Source: a virus (taxonomy: Duplodnaviria > Caudoviricetes). From it: DNA of 64,000 bases. The position numbers were made by a program, and so were the translations under genes. The notes beneath the pieces were generated by a model. The model was not told where the DNA came from. It ran no database searches and saw only the letters and a program-made list of their open reading frames with translations. Positions 57,199 to 64,000 of this stretch are shown piece by piece (position 1 is the stretch's first letter; every line of letters begins with the position of its first letter). Where the stretch lies: IMG/VR virus record IMGVR_UViG_3300017716_001697, positions 128,001-192,000 of that record; one strand, 5' to 3'.

Positions 57199-57647
57199 AG
57201 ACTATTTTCTATAAGAAGGATGGTAGGAAATATATTCCTGTCTCTGAATACGACTCCAAGTTTCCTGACAGCTATAGATACGGAAGCTATCTTGTATCAT
57301 CTTCTCCAAATTCATTATCACGTCGCCAGGTTGACCCGGCGTTTGTATTAATGTATGCTGCGACATATTATAGCGAAGATGCAATTGCTAAGGTATTGCG
57401 TGATGCATCAGCTGTAAGACCGAACCGTGCTCCTTTGACACAAGAACAATTAGATGCGTGGAATGCACTAAATGCAGCATTCGGCGAAGATGCCCAAGCT
57501 CTAACATGGCCTGCCGCATATGATGCCGTACGTGCAGCAGGTGACGAAATGGTTAAACAGGCCACTGAAATGTTAGAAAATCCGGCAGTTAAGAATGCGT
57601 ACGACGAATTTATGTTAATATGTAAACTAGTAAAGGAAACAAAATGA
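57195..57647 (+). CDS. hypothetical protein (C-terminal ENPAVKNAYDEF..KL)
   Basis: Motif shared with 1877 and 42425. Confidence 0.75.
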   Translation: MKTIFYKKDGRKYIPVSEYDSKFPDSYRYGSYLVSSSPNSLSRRQVDPAFVLMYAATYYSEDAIAKVLRDASAVRPNRAPLTQEQLDAWNALNAAFGEDAQALTWPAAYDAVRAAGDEMVKQATEMLENPAVKNAYDEFMLICKLVKETK

Positions 57648-57832
57648 TTACAGCAGAAATTAAAATGGGTAAAGAGCACTCGACCCAAGTTCACGGCAAG
57701 ACAATCAATGAAGTACTGAAGAAAATTCAGGAGTTTCATACCATGTCTGAATTTGAACGTGAGCATTACGACAAGAAGGGCTCACTGGCAAAACAGTTGC
57801 GCACCGGTTGGTATTACAAGGAAACAAAATGA
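57644..57832 (+). CDS. hypothetical protein
   Basis: ATGA overlaps on both sides. Confidence 0.6.
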   Translation: MITAEIKMGKEHSTQVHGKTINEVLKKIQEFHTMSEFEREHYDKKGSLAKQLRTGWYYKETK

Positions 57833-58350
57833 CAATTACAGTTAAAGACTTCATGGAATGCACTCAGCATAGAATTTCTGAGACAGCAAAATATATGTGG
57901 GCATGCTACGGCAACCACGCACAACACATGGATTATTGGAATGGTAAGCATGATGAAACAGGCTTCAGTATCAGCATCGTGTATGATACTGTTACTCAGG
58001 TAGTCTACGAAATGGAAGCATGGGACTACCGGCACGAACGTGAATATCGTTGGATCAATCCTGATTATGCTAAGTTGGCAAAGAAAGAAGCCAAGTCCCG
58101 CGTAGTTAAGTATAAACAATCAGCAGATGGTCGCAAATACATTGATCTCGATGTTGCAGGTGATATGCTTAAGAAAGCAACAGCTATTGTTTTGGGCGAA
58201 GAATACGACGACCGTGTGGAAGTTGAGCTCGATCTCGAAGAAGCCCTGTTATTCGAAATGATGAAAATGGCTCACACCAAGGACATGACTCTCAATCAAT
58301 TTGTTGAGTATATTCTTGTACAGGCAATTGCACAACACAAAGTCGATTGA
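57829..58350 (+). CDS. hypothetical protein with possible C-terminal ribbon-helix-helix-like segment
   Basis: Ends LFEMMKMAHTKDMTLNQFVEYIL. Confidence 0.7.
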   Translation: MTITVKDFMECTQHRISETAKYMWACYGNHAQHMDYWNGKHDETGFSISIVYDTVTQVVYEMEAWDYRHEREYRWINPDYAKLAKKEAKSRVVKYKQSADGRKYIDLDVAGDMLKKATAIVLGEEYDDRVEVELDLEEALLFEMMKMAHTKDMTLNQFVEYILVQAIAQHKVD

Positions 58351-58375
58351 TCTATATAGGATTATATAGTATAAT
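58347..58375 (+). promoter_or_regulatory. sigma70-type promoter, probable leaderless transcript
   Basis: TTGATC-N17-TATAAT, 5 nt before ATG 58381. Confidence 0.7.
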
Positions 58376-58380
58376 AAGTT

Positions 58381-59022
58381 ATGGACAACATACATAACTT
58401 CACAAATCGCACCATGTGCGAGTATGCCAGCATATTTCCTACTGTTGCCTCTGTATTAGACCATCAGTTGTTTACAATAGGTAACGGTTTCGAAATGCAT
58501 GCAGGAATGCCGAAAGAATCTGACGCCATCCACACAATTGACCGTAATGCCGTTATGGATGATAAGGCATGGGGTGAATTGCTAAATCATTGTAAGGAAA
58601 AAGAGCGTAAATGGCAACAGCAGAGCGGCATCGAAAATAATGCCGCTCTGCAAGAGAAATGCAAGAAGTATCGCAGAATCGATGTCGCTGATGCAGACTT
58701 TTCTGAAGCCTCATTGTATAACGATTTACTAAACATGAAGGCAACGTCGAATGAAACATTTGGTGAGGATTGTTTCTTTGTAAGGCCTTATCCCCTAAGT
58801 ATTCAATACAGTAAGATTTATAAGCTCGATAAAGTCACACCACAGTGGTTTATACAGATTGCAATTAATGTGTGTAATGCATGGATTCGATTTTTGTCTG
58901 AATCCATTGATATAGGATATGTTAGCAGTGAACCGGGGTGGGAAGACAAAGAGCATACTGCTAAACATCGCGATATGCTCATTGAGCAGGTTAAGCATTT
59001 ACGCGGAATACATGCTACGTAA
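58381..59022 (+). CDS. hypothetical protein
   Basis: 213-aa ORF. Confidence 0.75.
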   Translation: MDNIHNFTNRTMCEYASIFPTVASVLDHQLFTIGNGFEMHAGMPKESDAIHTIDRNAVMDDKAWGELLNHCKEKERKWQQQSGIENNAALQEKCKKYRRIDVADADFSEASLYNDLLNMKATSNETFGEDCFFVRPYPLSIQYSKIYKLDKVTPQWFIQIAINVCNAWIRFLSESIDIGYVSSEPGWEDKEHTAKHRDMLIEQVKHLRGIHAT

Positions 59023-59072
59023 TGTGGCATGTCATAAATAGTATTACATTATTATACTCACGGAGACCACAC

Positions 59073-59807
59073 ATGAAAACAGTATCCATTCTTCTAGCAT
59101 CATTGCTAGTATTAGCAGGCTGTGCTAATACCGAATATTCACAATATGTCGAAGCACAGTCGAAAATTGAAGCACAGATTGCAACAGTTAAATCGAACGA
59201 AGCAGTAGCAAGATACAATGCCGAGGCGGCAAAATACAAGGCAATGGCTGATATCGCAGCATCGGGCACCGAAAGTGCAAAAGTTGCCGCAGTAATGGCA
59301 TTGGCGCTAGGTGGCCAACAAAATTCGGCACCAGTGACTGCACCACGTACACAATTGCAAGCACCACCACCAAACCAAGCCTTGGCCTGGGCTAGCGTAT
59401 TAGTACCTAGTACCGTTCAATTGTTTGGTATAGCAGCTAATGCTCGTGTCGCTATGTCGCAGAGCGACAATGCTAGAGATGTTGCATTATCCACTAACAA
59501 TACATTCGCAGGGATGGGCAATAGTATCCAAGCTGCAGGCACTGCAGGGTTAACATCTACAGAGAATGTGGCAATCGCCGGTTTAACATCTAATCAAACA
59601 ATCGCTAATTATGGGTTGACGGCAACGCAGAACACGGCTACAGCCGGCTTGACAGCAACGCAGAATACGGCAACAGCTGGTTTGGCTGCAACACAGGCAG
59701 TAGCAACAACTGGAATGTCATCGTTAGTGACTGTGGCTAATGCACCACCTCAAACTGCTAAGATTTGCTCTGTTAATCCAGTCACAAGTGTAATGACTTG
59801 TAATTAA
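59073..59807 (+). CDS. lipoprotein with 11-residue repeats
   Basis: GGAG RBS; lipobox LAG-C; (T/I)AGLT(A/S)TQNTA-type repeats. Confidence 0.8.
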   Translation: MKTVSILLASLLVLAGCANTEYSQYVEAQSKIEAQIATVKSNEAVARYNAEAAKYKAMADIAASGTESAKVAAVMALALGGQQNSAPVTAPRTQLQAPPPNQALAWASVLVPSTVQLFGIAANARVAMSQSDNARDVALSTNNTFAGMGNSIQAAGTAGLTSTENVAIAGLTSNQTIANYGLTATQNTATAGLTATQNTATAGLAATQAVATTGMSSLVTVANAPPQTAKICSVNPVTSVMTCN

Positions 59808-59820
59808 GCACCACAATATC

Positions 59821-59847
59821 AAAAAACCCCGCGTGTCGGGGTTTTTT
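59821..59847. terminator. intrinsic terminator (symmetric)
   Basis: AAAAAACCCCG-CGTGT-CGGGGTTTTTT. Confidence 0.85.
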
Positions 59848-59848
59848 G

Positions 59849-59877
59849 TTGACTTTTTAATCAGGATATGTTATAAT
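59849..59877 (+). promoter_or_regulatory. sigma70-type promoter
   Basis: TTGACT-N17-TATAAT with TG extension. Confidence 0.85.
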
Positions 59878-59897
59878 ATAGTAAGAAAGTAACTAAT

Positions 59898-60197
59898 ATG
59901 CCTAAATTGGAAATTCTTACTGTTGCAGAAAATAGATACAACTCTGACGAATATGCTGCTAAATGGGATGGCAGTGATAGTAAGTGGCGACCTCAATCTC
60001 TACAAGTAAGTATAGGTAAGGATCGCACTTTAAAATTGACGCCCGGAAATCACAGCATGAGTCAGATCAGGATTGAGCGATTTGATATTGATTCAATTGA
60101 TTCGCTAATAGAATATCTGCAAGAAGCTAAGGTATTTCTAAGAGAGCAGGATTTGGTAGATATGTTGACACACGGTAAACGAACTAGGGCATGGTAA
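59898..60197 (+). CDS. hypothetical protein
   Basis: First ORF after the promoter. Confidence 0.7.
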   Translation: MPKLEILTVAENRYNSDEYAAKWDGSDSKWRPQSLQVSIGKDRTLKLTPGNHSMSQIRIERFDIDSIDSLIEYLQEAKVFLREQDLVDMLTHGKRTRAW

Positions 60198-60421
60198 TGG
60201 CAGTACACTTTGATTTTATCGTCGACGATGTTGATGCCGAAAATATCTTCTTCTCTATCCGTAATGATGCACTCCGTAATGATGAACGCATTATGGATCT
60301 CATGACTCAGAAAGATATATCAGATGATTATCGTGCGGCAATGATCGCCGCATGTGAGCGAAGTAAAGAATACACCCTGAGTCTTCTGGAATTAATGAAG
60401 AACACACAAGTGAAGGAATAA
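60191..60421 (+). CDS. hypothetical protein
   Basis: Overlapping ORF. Confidence 0.65.
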   Translation: MVMAVHFDFIVDDVDAENIFFSIRNDALRNDERIMDLMTQKDISDDYRAAMIAACERSKEYTLSLLELMKNTQVKE

Positions 60422-60423
60422 AA

Positions 60424-60735
60424 ATGGCAGTAAATCGTGAACGTAAAATGGTTCCTAAAGAAGTTTCTACCTTAGATGTAAGCTATACTAATTTGGGATC
60501 ACTACTGAAAGAAGTATCGGAACTGATTGAAGAATATGGCAAAGATGCCGCTGTCAACAAGCAGACGTATCAATATGACGATGGGGAGTATATTGCAGTG
60601 ACTATTATGGTGCCAGAGACTGACACGCAATATGCTGCACGGTTGGCATATGAAGAGAAGTGGGCAAAAGAAGCCGAAGATCGTGACACAGCAGAGTTTA
60701 AACGGTTGCAAGCAAAATTCGGAGCAGCAAGGTGA
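60424..60735 (+). CDS. hypothetical protein
   Basis: AAGGA RBS. Confidence 0.75.
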   Translation: MAVNRERKMVPKEVSTLDVSYTNLGSLLKEVSELIEEYGKDAAVNKQTYQYDDGEYIAVTIMVPETDTQYAARLAYEEKWAKEAEDRDTAEFKRLQAKFGAAR

Positions 60736-61025
60736 ACGAAGAACGAATTAGGGCTATTGCTAATGCAGCATCGGAGCATGCAGAAAGCACGGTATCGTAT
60801 TACAACGATACTGACGATGGATTAGATTATCCTGCTAAAATGCTTAAGGTAAGAGACTTGAAGTTTGCAGAATTGCTGGTGCGTGAATGCACTGAAGTTA
60901 TTCAACGAGAAGTTAGCTTGAAATATAAAGACGGAGTAGGCGAGACAGAAGAATTTATGGGCGGGCATTATGCAGGTTCTGTGTTGTCACGCGTCAAAAT
61001 CAAAACACATTTTGGAGTTGAATGA
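60732..61025 (+). CDS. small protein, MNERI family
   Basis: MNEERIRAIA...LKFAELLVREC...THFGVE. Confidence 0.75.
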   Translation: MNEERIRAIANAASEHAESTVSYYNDTDDGLDYPAKMLKVRDLKFAELLVRECTEVIQREVSLKYKDGVGETEEFMGGHYAGSVLSRVKIKTHFGVE

Positions 61026-61185
61026 TGATCGAATCTTTAGAGAGACAAAAGTATAATCGCCCAAGTGACTTTAGCCCTGAGTGGATTACTTTTGGATTTT
61101 ATGAAAATGCTCGGGCCGCAAAACAAATTGGATACGGACATTATCCGATAGCATTTTACGAAGAACTATTAATGAGTAATTAATT

Positions 61186-61431
61186 ATGAACGAACGAATT
61201 AAAGAATTTTTAGAACAGGCTATCAGTGACGTTGACTACATACGGTTTACTGACAGTGGCGAAATTGATGAATTGCTAAATGATGAGTTATCAAATATGT
61301 ACATTCCGAATTGTTTCGCTGAAAAGTTTGCCGAGCTAATTGTAAAGGAATGTCTTAGTGTGCAGAATAAGTGCCCGCATGATATTGCTGTTGGCAAATT
61401 TGTTAGAGACCATTTCGGCATAGAAAAATGA
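61186..61431 (+). CDS. small protein, MNERI family
   Basis: MNERIKEFLEQA...EKFAELIVKEC...DHFGIEK. Confidence 0.75.
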   Translation: MNERIKEFLEQAISDVDYIRFTDSGEIDELLNDELSNMYIPNCFAEKFAELIVKECLSVQNKCPHDIAVGKFVRDHFGIEK

Positions 61432-61634
61432 CTGGATTTCCGTTTTGCTCTTTATTACCTACACGCCCTGATACAAGGGCTGAGCATAAAATATGGGTAG
61501 ATGCATATATGTCTATGTCAATATGGTGTGCGAAGAATATTGTAGACCATTGGGGAGCAGATGACAAGTCTTTCTACTTTTCGTTTGAGAACGATTTAAA
61601 CCGATTTAATAAACACTTTGGGATCAAGGAATGA
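61428..61634 (+). CDS. small protein, apparent hybrid of two families
   Basis: W..DDKSFYFSFENDLNRF plus a KHFGIKE end. Confidence 0.65.
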   Translation: MTGFPFCSLLPTRPDTRAEHKIWVDAYMSMSIWCAKNIVDHWGADDKSFYFSFENDLNRFNKHFGIKE

Positions 61635-61861
61635 GAGACGCATACAATCCGTATAATCCATACGCTACTACACAATTTCCACCAATCGACCTATTGTGTG
61701 GCAATGTAGCATACTTTGATCACGAAAGTGGGATGAGCCACCGCTGTAATTACTGTGGCGCTGTCCTGCACAGTATTGGCATGCCAAAGCGTTGCAAAGA
61801 TCTATACGATATGGAAGATGTAGTTAAGAAGTTAAAAGGCACGGTGGATTGGGATGACTGA
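61631..61861 (+). CDS. small Zn-ribbon protein
   Basis: LLCG...HRCNYCG...RC. Confidence 0.7.
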   Translation: MRDAYNPYNPYATTQFPPIDLLCGNVAYFDHESGMSHRCNYCGAVLHSIGMPKRCKDLYDMEDVVKKLKGTVDWDD

Positions 61862-62060
61862 ATCTGAAATTACCCAATTGCGGCTTGCATTAAACACTGC
61901 TATACTTGCATTAGACGACTGGACAAACACATACGCATCGGATTTTTGCGACGAACAACGTGTAGTCGAGGCGTGGAAACGTATAAAAGATAACGGTGGA
62001 ACAGTTGCATATATTTGCGATGCTGTAACACAATGTAAAGAAGCAAGGGATTTATTATGA
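61854..62060 (+). CDS. hypothetical protein
   Basis: Overlapping ORF. Confidence 0.65.
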   Translation: MTESEITQLRLALNTAILALDDWTNTYASDFCDEQRVVEAWKRIKDNGGTVAYICDAVTQCKEARDLL

Positions 62061-62284
62061 CATATTTTGTAATTCATGTATCGGACAATGGCGCGTCAAT
62101 TAGCTCAATGTGCAAAGAGGAATTGGAGCAAAGCCTGGTCGAGGGATATTGGGGTGGCTCTAACGAAGTATTTAATAAGATGCCTTGCTCCGACATTTCT
62201 GAATGGCCAGAGGGTATGCTGATTATCAGAGGCGATGTTGTAGTTCCTAGAGTAGTCGAAGTAGCAACAAAGTACGAACTATGA
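62057..62284 (+). CDS. hypothetical protein
   Basis: ATGA overlap. Confidence 0.65.
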   Translation: MTYFVIHVSDNGASISSMCKEELEQSLVEGYWGGSNEVFNKMPCSDISEWPEGMLIIRGDVVVPRVVEVATKYEL

Positions 62285-62469
62285 ACAAATTTAACATCGG
62301 TGATGTCGTTGCTTTACATAGCACATCCGATCTAGAGCTCGACAGGGCAACAGGTACTGTCGAGGGTTTCCATGACAAAGATGGCGTAATTGTTACGTTC
62401 TTGCCGCCTAGGCCATTAGGCTATAATCCGGCCATTGTAATCACACAATATTGTATTAAGAAAGTTTAA
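62281..62469 (+). CDS. small SH3-like protein
   Basis: KFNIGDVV...TGTVEG...VIVTF. Confidence 0.65.
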   Translation: MNKFNIGDVVALHSTSDLELDRATGTVEGFHDKDGVIVTFLPPRPLGYNPAIVITQYCIKKV

Positions 62470-62470
62470 A

Positions 62471-62929
62471 ATGAAAATCGTAACTAAAGTTGGTAACTTG
62501 CTCAATGTGAAGCGAGGACACATTGTACATGGATGCAATGCACAAGGGGTAATGGGCAGTGGTGTAGCACTTGCTGTCAAAAACATGTATCCAGCAGCAT
62601 TCGAAGATTACAGAGGTATCTTCGAAGACGAGGGACTTGAGCTCGGTTGGGCATATCCTTTTATGCCAGATACGGAACCGTTAGTAATATGGAATGCAAT
62701 TACGCAAGAAGGATTTGGCCAACCAACCCGCAATTGTAGTTACGATGCCATTCAGACATGTTTTCAACAAATCAACGAAGCTGTGGCAAACACGGCAGAT
62801 TTGGGTATTCCGCAGGAGATTCATATTCCTGCTATCGGTGCAGGACTTGGCGGTGGTAACTGGGAAATTATCCGCGAGATTATTGAACAGACAGTCACCT
62901 TCCCAACTACTTTGTGGGTTTTGCAATAG
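62471..62929 (+). CDS. macrodomain (ADP-ribose hydrolase/binding) protein
   Basis: GNLL, IVHGCNAQGVMGSGVALA, PAIGAGLGGGNW. Confidence 0.92.
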   Translation: MKIVTKVGNLLNVKRGHIVHGCNAQGVMGSGVALAVKNMYPAAFEDYRGIFEDEGLELGWAYPFMPDTEPLVIWNAITQEGFGQPTRNCSYDAIQTCFQQINEAVANTADLGIPQEIHIPAIGAGLGGGNWEIIREIIEQTVTFPTTLWVLQ

Positions 62930-62941
62930 AGATAGATTTCT

Positions 62942-63145
62942 ATGTACGATCGACCATATTATGTTAGTCCGGCGGATATACGTATATTAGATGTCGGACA
63001 GCTCCTTACAGAGGAAATTAAAACTTGGTGTAACGAAACATATGGTCCGGATAACTGGTATGGATCAAATGAATGGAATTCAGCAAGATATATTTTTAAT
63101 AACGAAGAAGATTTAATAATTTTTAAATTAAGATGGCCAACATGA
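62942..63145 (+). CDS. small protein, FxxxxDAxxFxLxW family
   Basis: WCNETYG...YIFNNEEDLIIFKLRWP. Confidence 0.75.
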   Translation: MYDRPYYVSPADIRILDVGQLLTEEIKTWCNETYGPDNWYGSNEWNSARYIFNNEEDLIIFKLRWPT

Positions 63146-63384
63146 ATACAATCTATACACCTAAACTTACCGAGCTAAAGGCTAAGAAGCGTAAGTTTGG
63201 TTTCAAGCTAGACGGTATCGGTATGGGCAGCTTCATCTTTATGGGTGAAGTTATGAAGTTCCTGCAAAATGTACCCGATGACGAATATATTGCTGAAATG
63301 GTCGGATACGGAAGTAGTCACGATTTCCGTCTCTATACAGATGTTGAGGAATTGGCAACACACATCCGCACAAAGTTCTGCTAA
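63133..63384 (+). CDS. hypothetical protein
   Basis: Overlapping ORF. Confidence 0.65.
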   Translation: MANMNTIYTPKLTELKAKKRKFGFKLDGIGMGSFIFMGEVMKFLQNVPDDEYIAEMVGYGSSHDFRLYTDVEELATHIRTKFC

Positions 63385-63389
63385 ACATC

Positions 63390-63695
63390 ATGCGAATCAA
63401 CCTCAATAATCGGTGGTCAACTAACAGCGATACAGATAAACGCCTTATGTACTCGCTTATAGTTGAAATGTTAACAGATTGGAATATCAAACACGAGTCG
63501 ACTGCGGTTAGTAGTTTGATAGAGGGTGTTGCTACCACAGAGTTTCTATCCTGGTTACTAGAGAAGAAAAAGATAACAGCTAAGTATTATAAGATAGAAA
63601 CAATATTTGTTGGCTTTGATGTCGTTGAGGATGAGAATCTGACAGCATATAAGTTGTCAGTTGATTTATCTAATCCAGTTCAATTCTACAAATAA
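63390..63695 (+). CDS. hypothetical protein
   Basis: ORF of 101 aa. Confidence 0.65.
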   Translation: MRINLNNRWSTNSDTDKRLMYSLIVEMLTDWNIKHESTAVSSLIEGVATTEFLSWLLEKKKITAKYYKIETIFVGFDVVEDENLTAYKLSVDLSNPVQFYK

Positions 63696-63755
63696 TCCTG
63701 TTGTATTATGTTGTGCCATACTGTACAATTGCAACACATTAACTAAAGGACTAAC

Positions 63756-64000
63756 ATGTTTCGTAAACTACTCGCAGGAGTAATCCTGTCTGTCTGCGCA
63801 ATGACAGCAATCGCTGGTACAACAGTAATTGACACAAAAGGCCTTAGTGAGGCACAAGTGGCTGAATTGAAGTCTATTGCAGCAAAGGCAGTAGCCGATG
63901 TTGCTAAAACCGCCGAAGTACCTATTGTTCCATCAACACCATCTGCTGTAATGACAATTGCTGCTACGTGGGGTACACAGGCCGCACAAGCTGCCGAAGG
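63756..64000 (+). CDS. exported protein with signal peptide (runs off the window)
   Basis: AAGGA RBS; MFRKLLAGVILSVCAMTAIA signal-like N-terminus; no stop before 64000. Confidence 0.7.
   Translation, partial: MFRKLLAGVILSVCAMTAIAGTTVIDTKGLSEAQVAELKSIAAKAVADVAKTAEVPIVPSTPSAVMTIAATWGTQAAQAAE

Noticed and set aside
59590-59720. CRISPR-like array (33-nt periodic repeats); also 52257-52326
   Set aside because: The repeats are in-frame, contiguous without unique spacers and degenerate at wobble positions, so they are protein repeats
1-64000. Bacterial chromosome interpretation (clpP, clpA, dnaJ, infA, erpA, galE, queE)
   Set aside because: Family B polymerase, gp44-like loader, T4-type RNase H, T4-late-like promoters, fibre genes and dense tiny ORFs indicate a large phage carrying host-derived genes
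1-64000. Alternative genetic code (stop-codon reassignment seen in some jumbo phages)
   Set aside because: Recognisable proteins are full length under code 11, and TAA, TAG and TGA all end genes at coupled junctions

Overview
This is a 64-kb segment of a large lytic dsDNA phage genome (jumbo, T4-superfamily/RaK2-like gene content), most likely infecting a Proteobacterium. It is densely coding, almost entirely on the + strand, and reads cleanly in the standard code. Modules from left to right: (1) ClpP, an alpha/beta hydrolase and many tiny ORFs; (2) nucleotide and replication genes (MazG-like, dCMP deaminase, DnaE palm fragment, GroES, clamp loader, HAD phosphatase); (3) a ~580-nt non-coding gap between convergent genes that is packed with nested helices and GNRA loops (candidate large ncRNA), then PhoH; (4) IF-1/DnaJ/ClpA; (5) an ~11-kb block of Gly/Thr-rich fibre-like virion proteins; (6) late standalone genes, ErpA, DsbA-like, family B DNA polymerase and a probable sliding clamp; (7) a dispersed 7-deazaguanine plus sugar modification set (TGT/DpdA-like, GT-B glycosyltransferase, T-fold protein, GalE-like epimerase, QueE); (8) RNase H-like nuclease, metallophosphoesterase, RlmN-like radical SAM enzyme, lipoproteins, a macrodomain and arrays of small paralogous ORFs. 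Two promoter classes are visible: sigma70-type TTGACT-N17-TATACT/TATAAT and T4-late-like (G/T)ATAAATA. Several promoters of both classes sit 4-6 nt before an ATG, which suggests leaderless mRNAs. I saw no tRNA, CRISPR array, integrase or reverse transcriptase. All family assignments are from motif recognition by eye; no database search was run.
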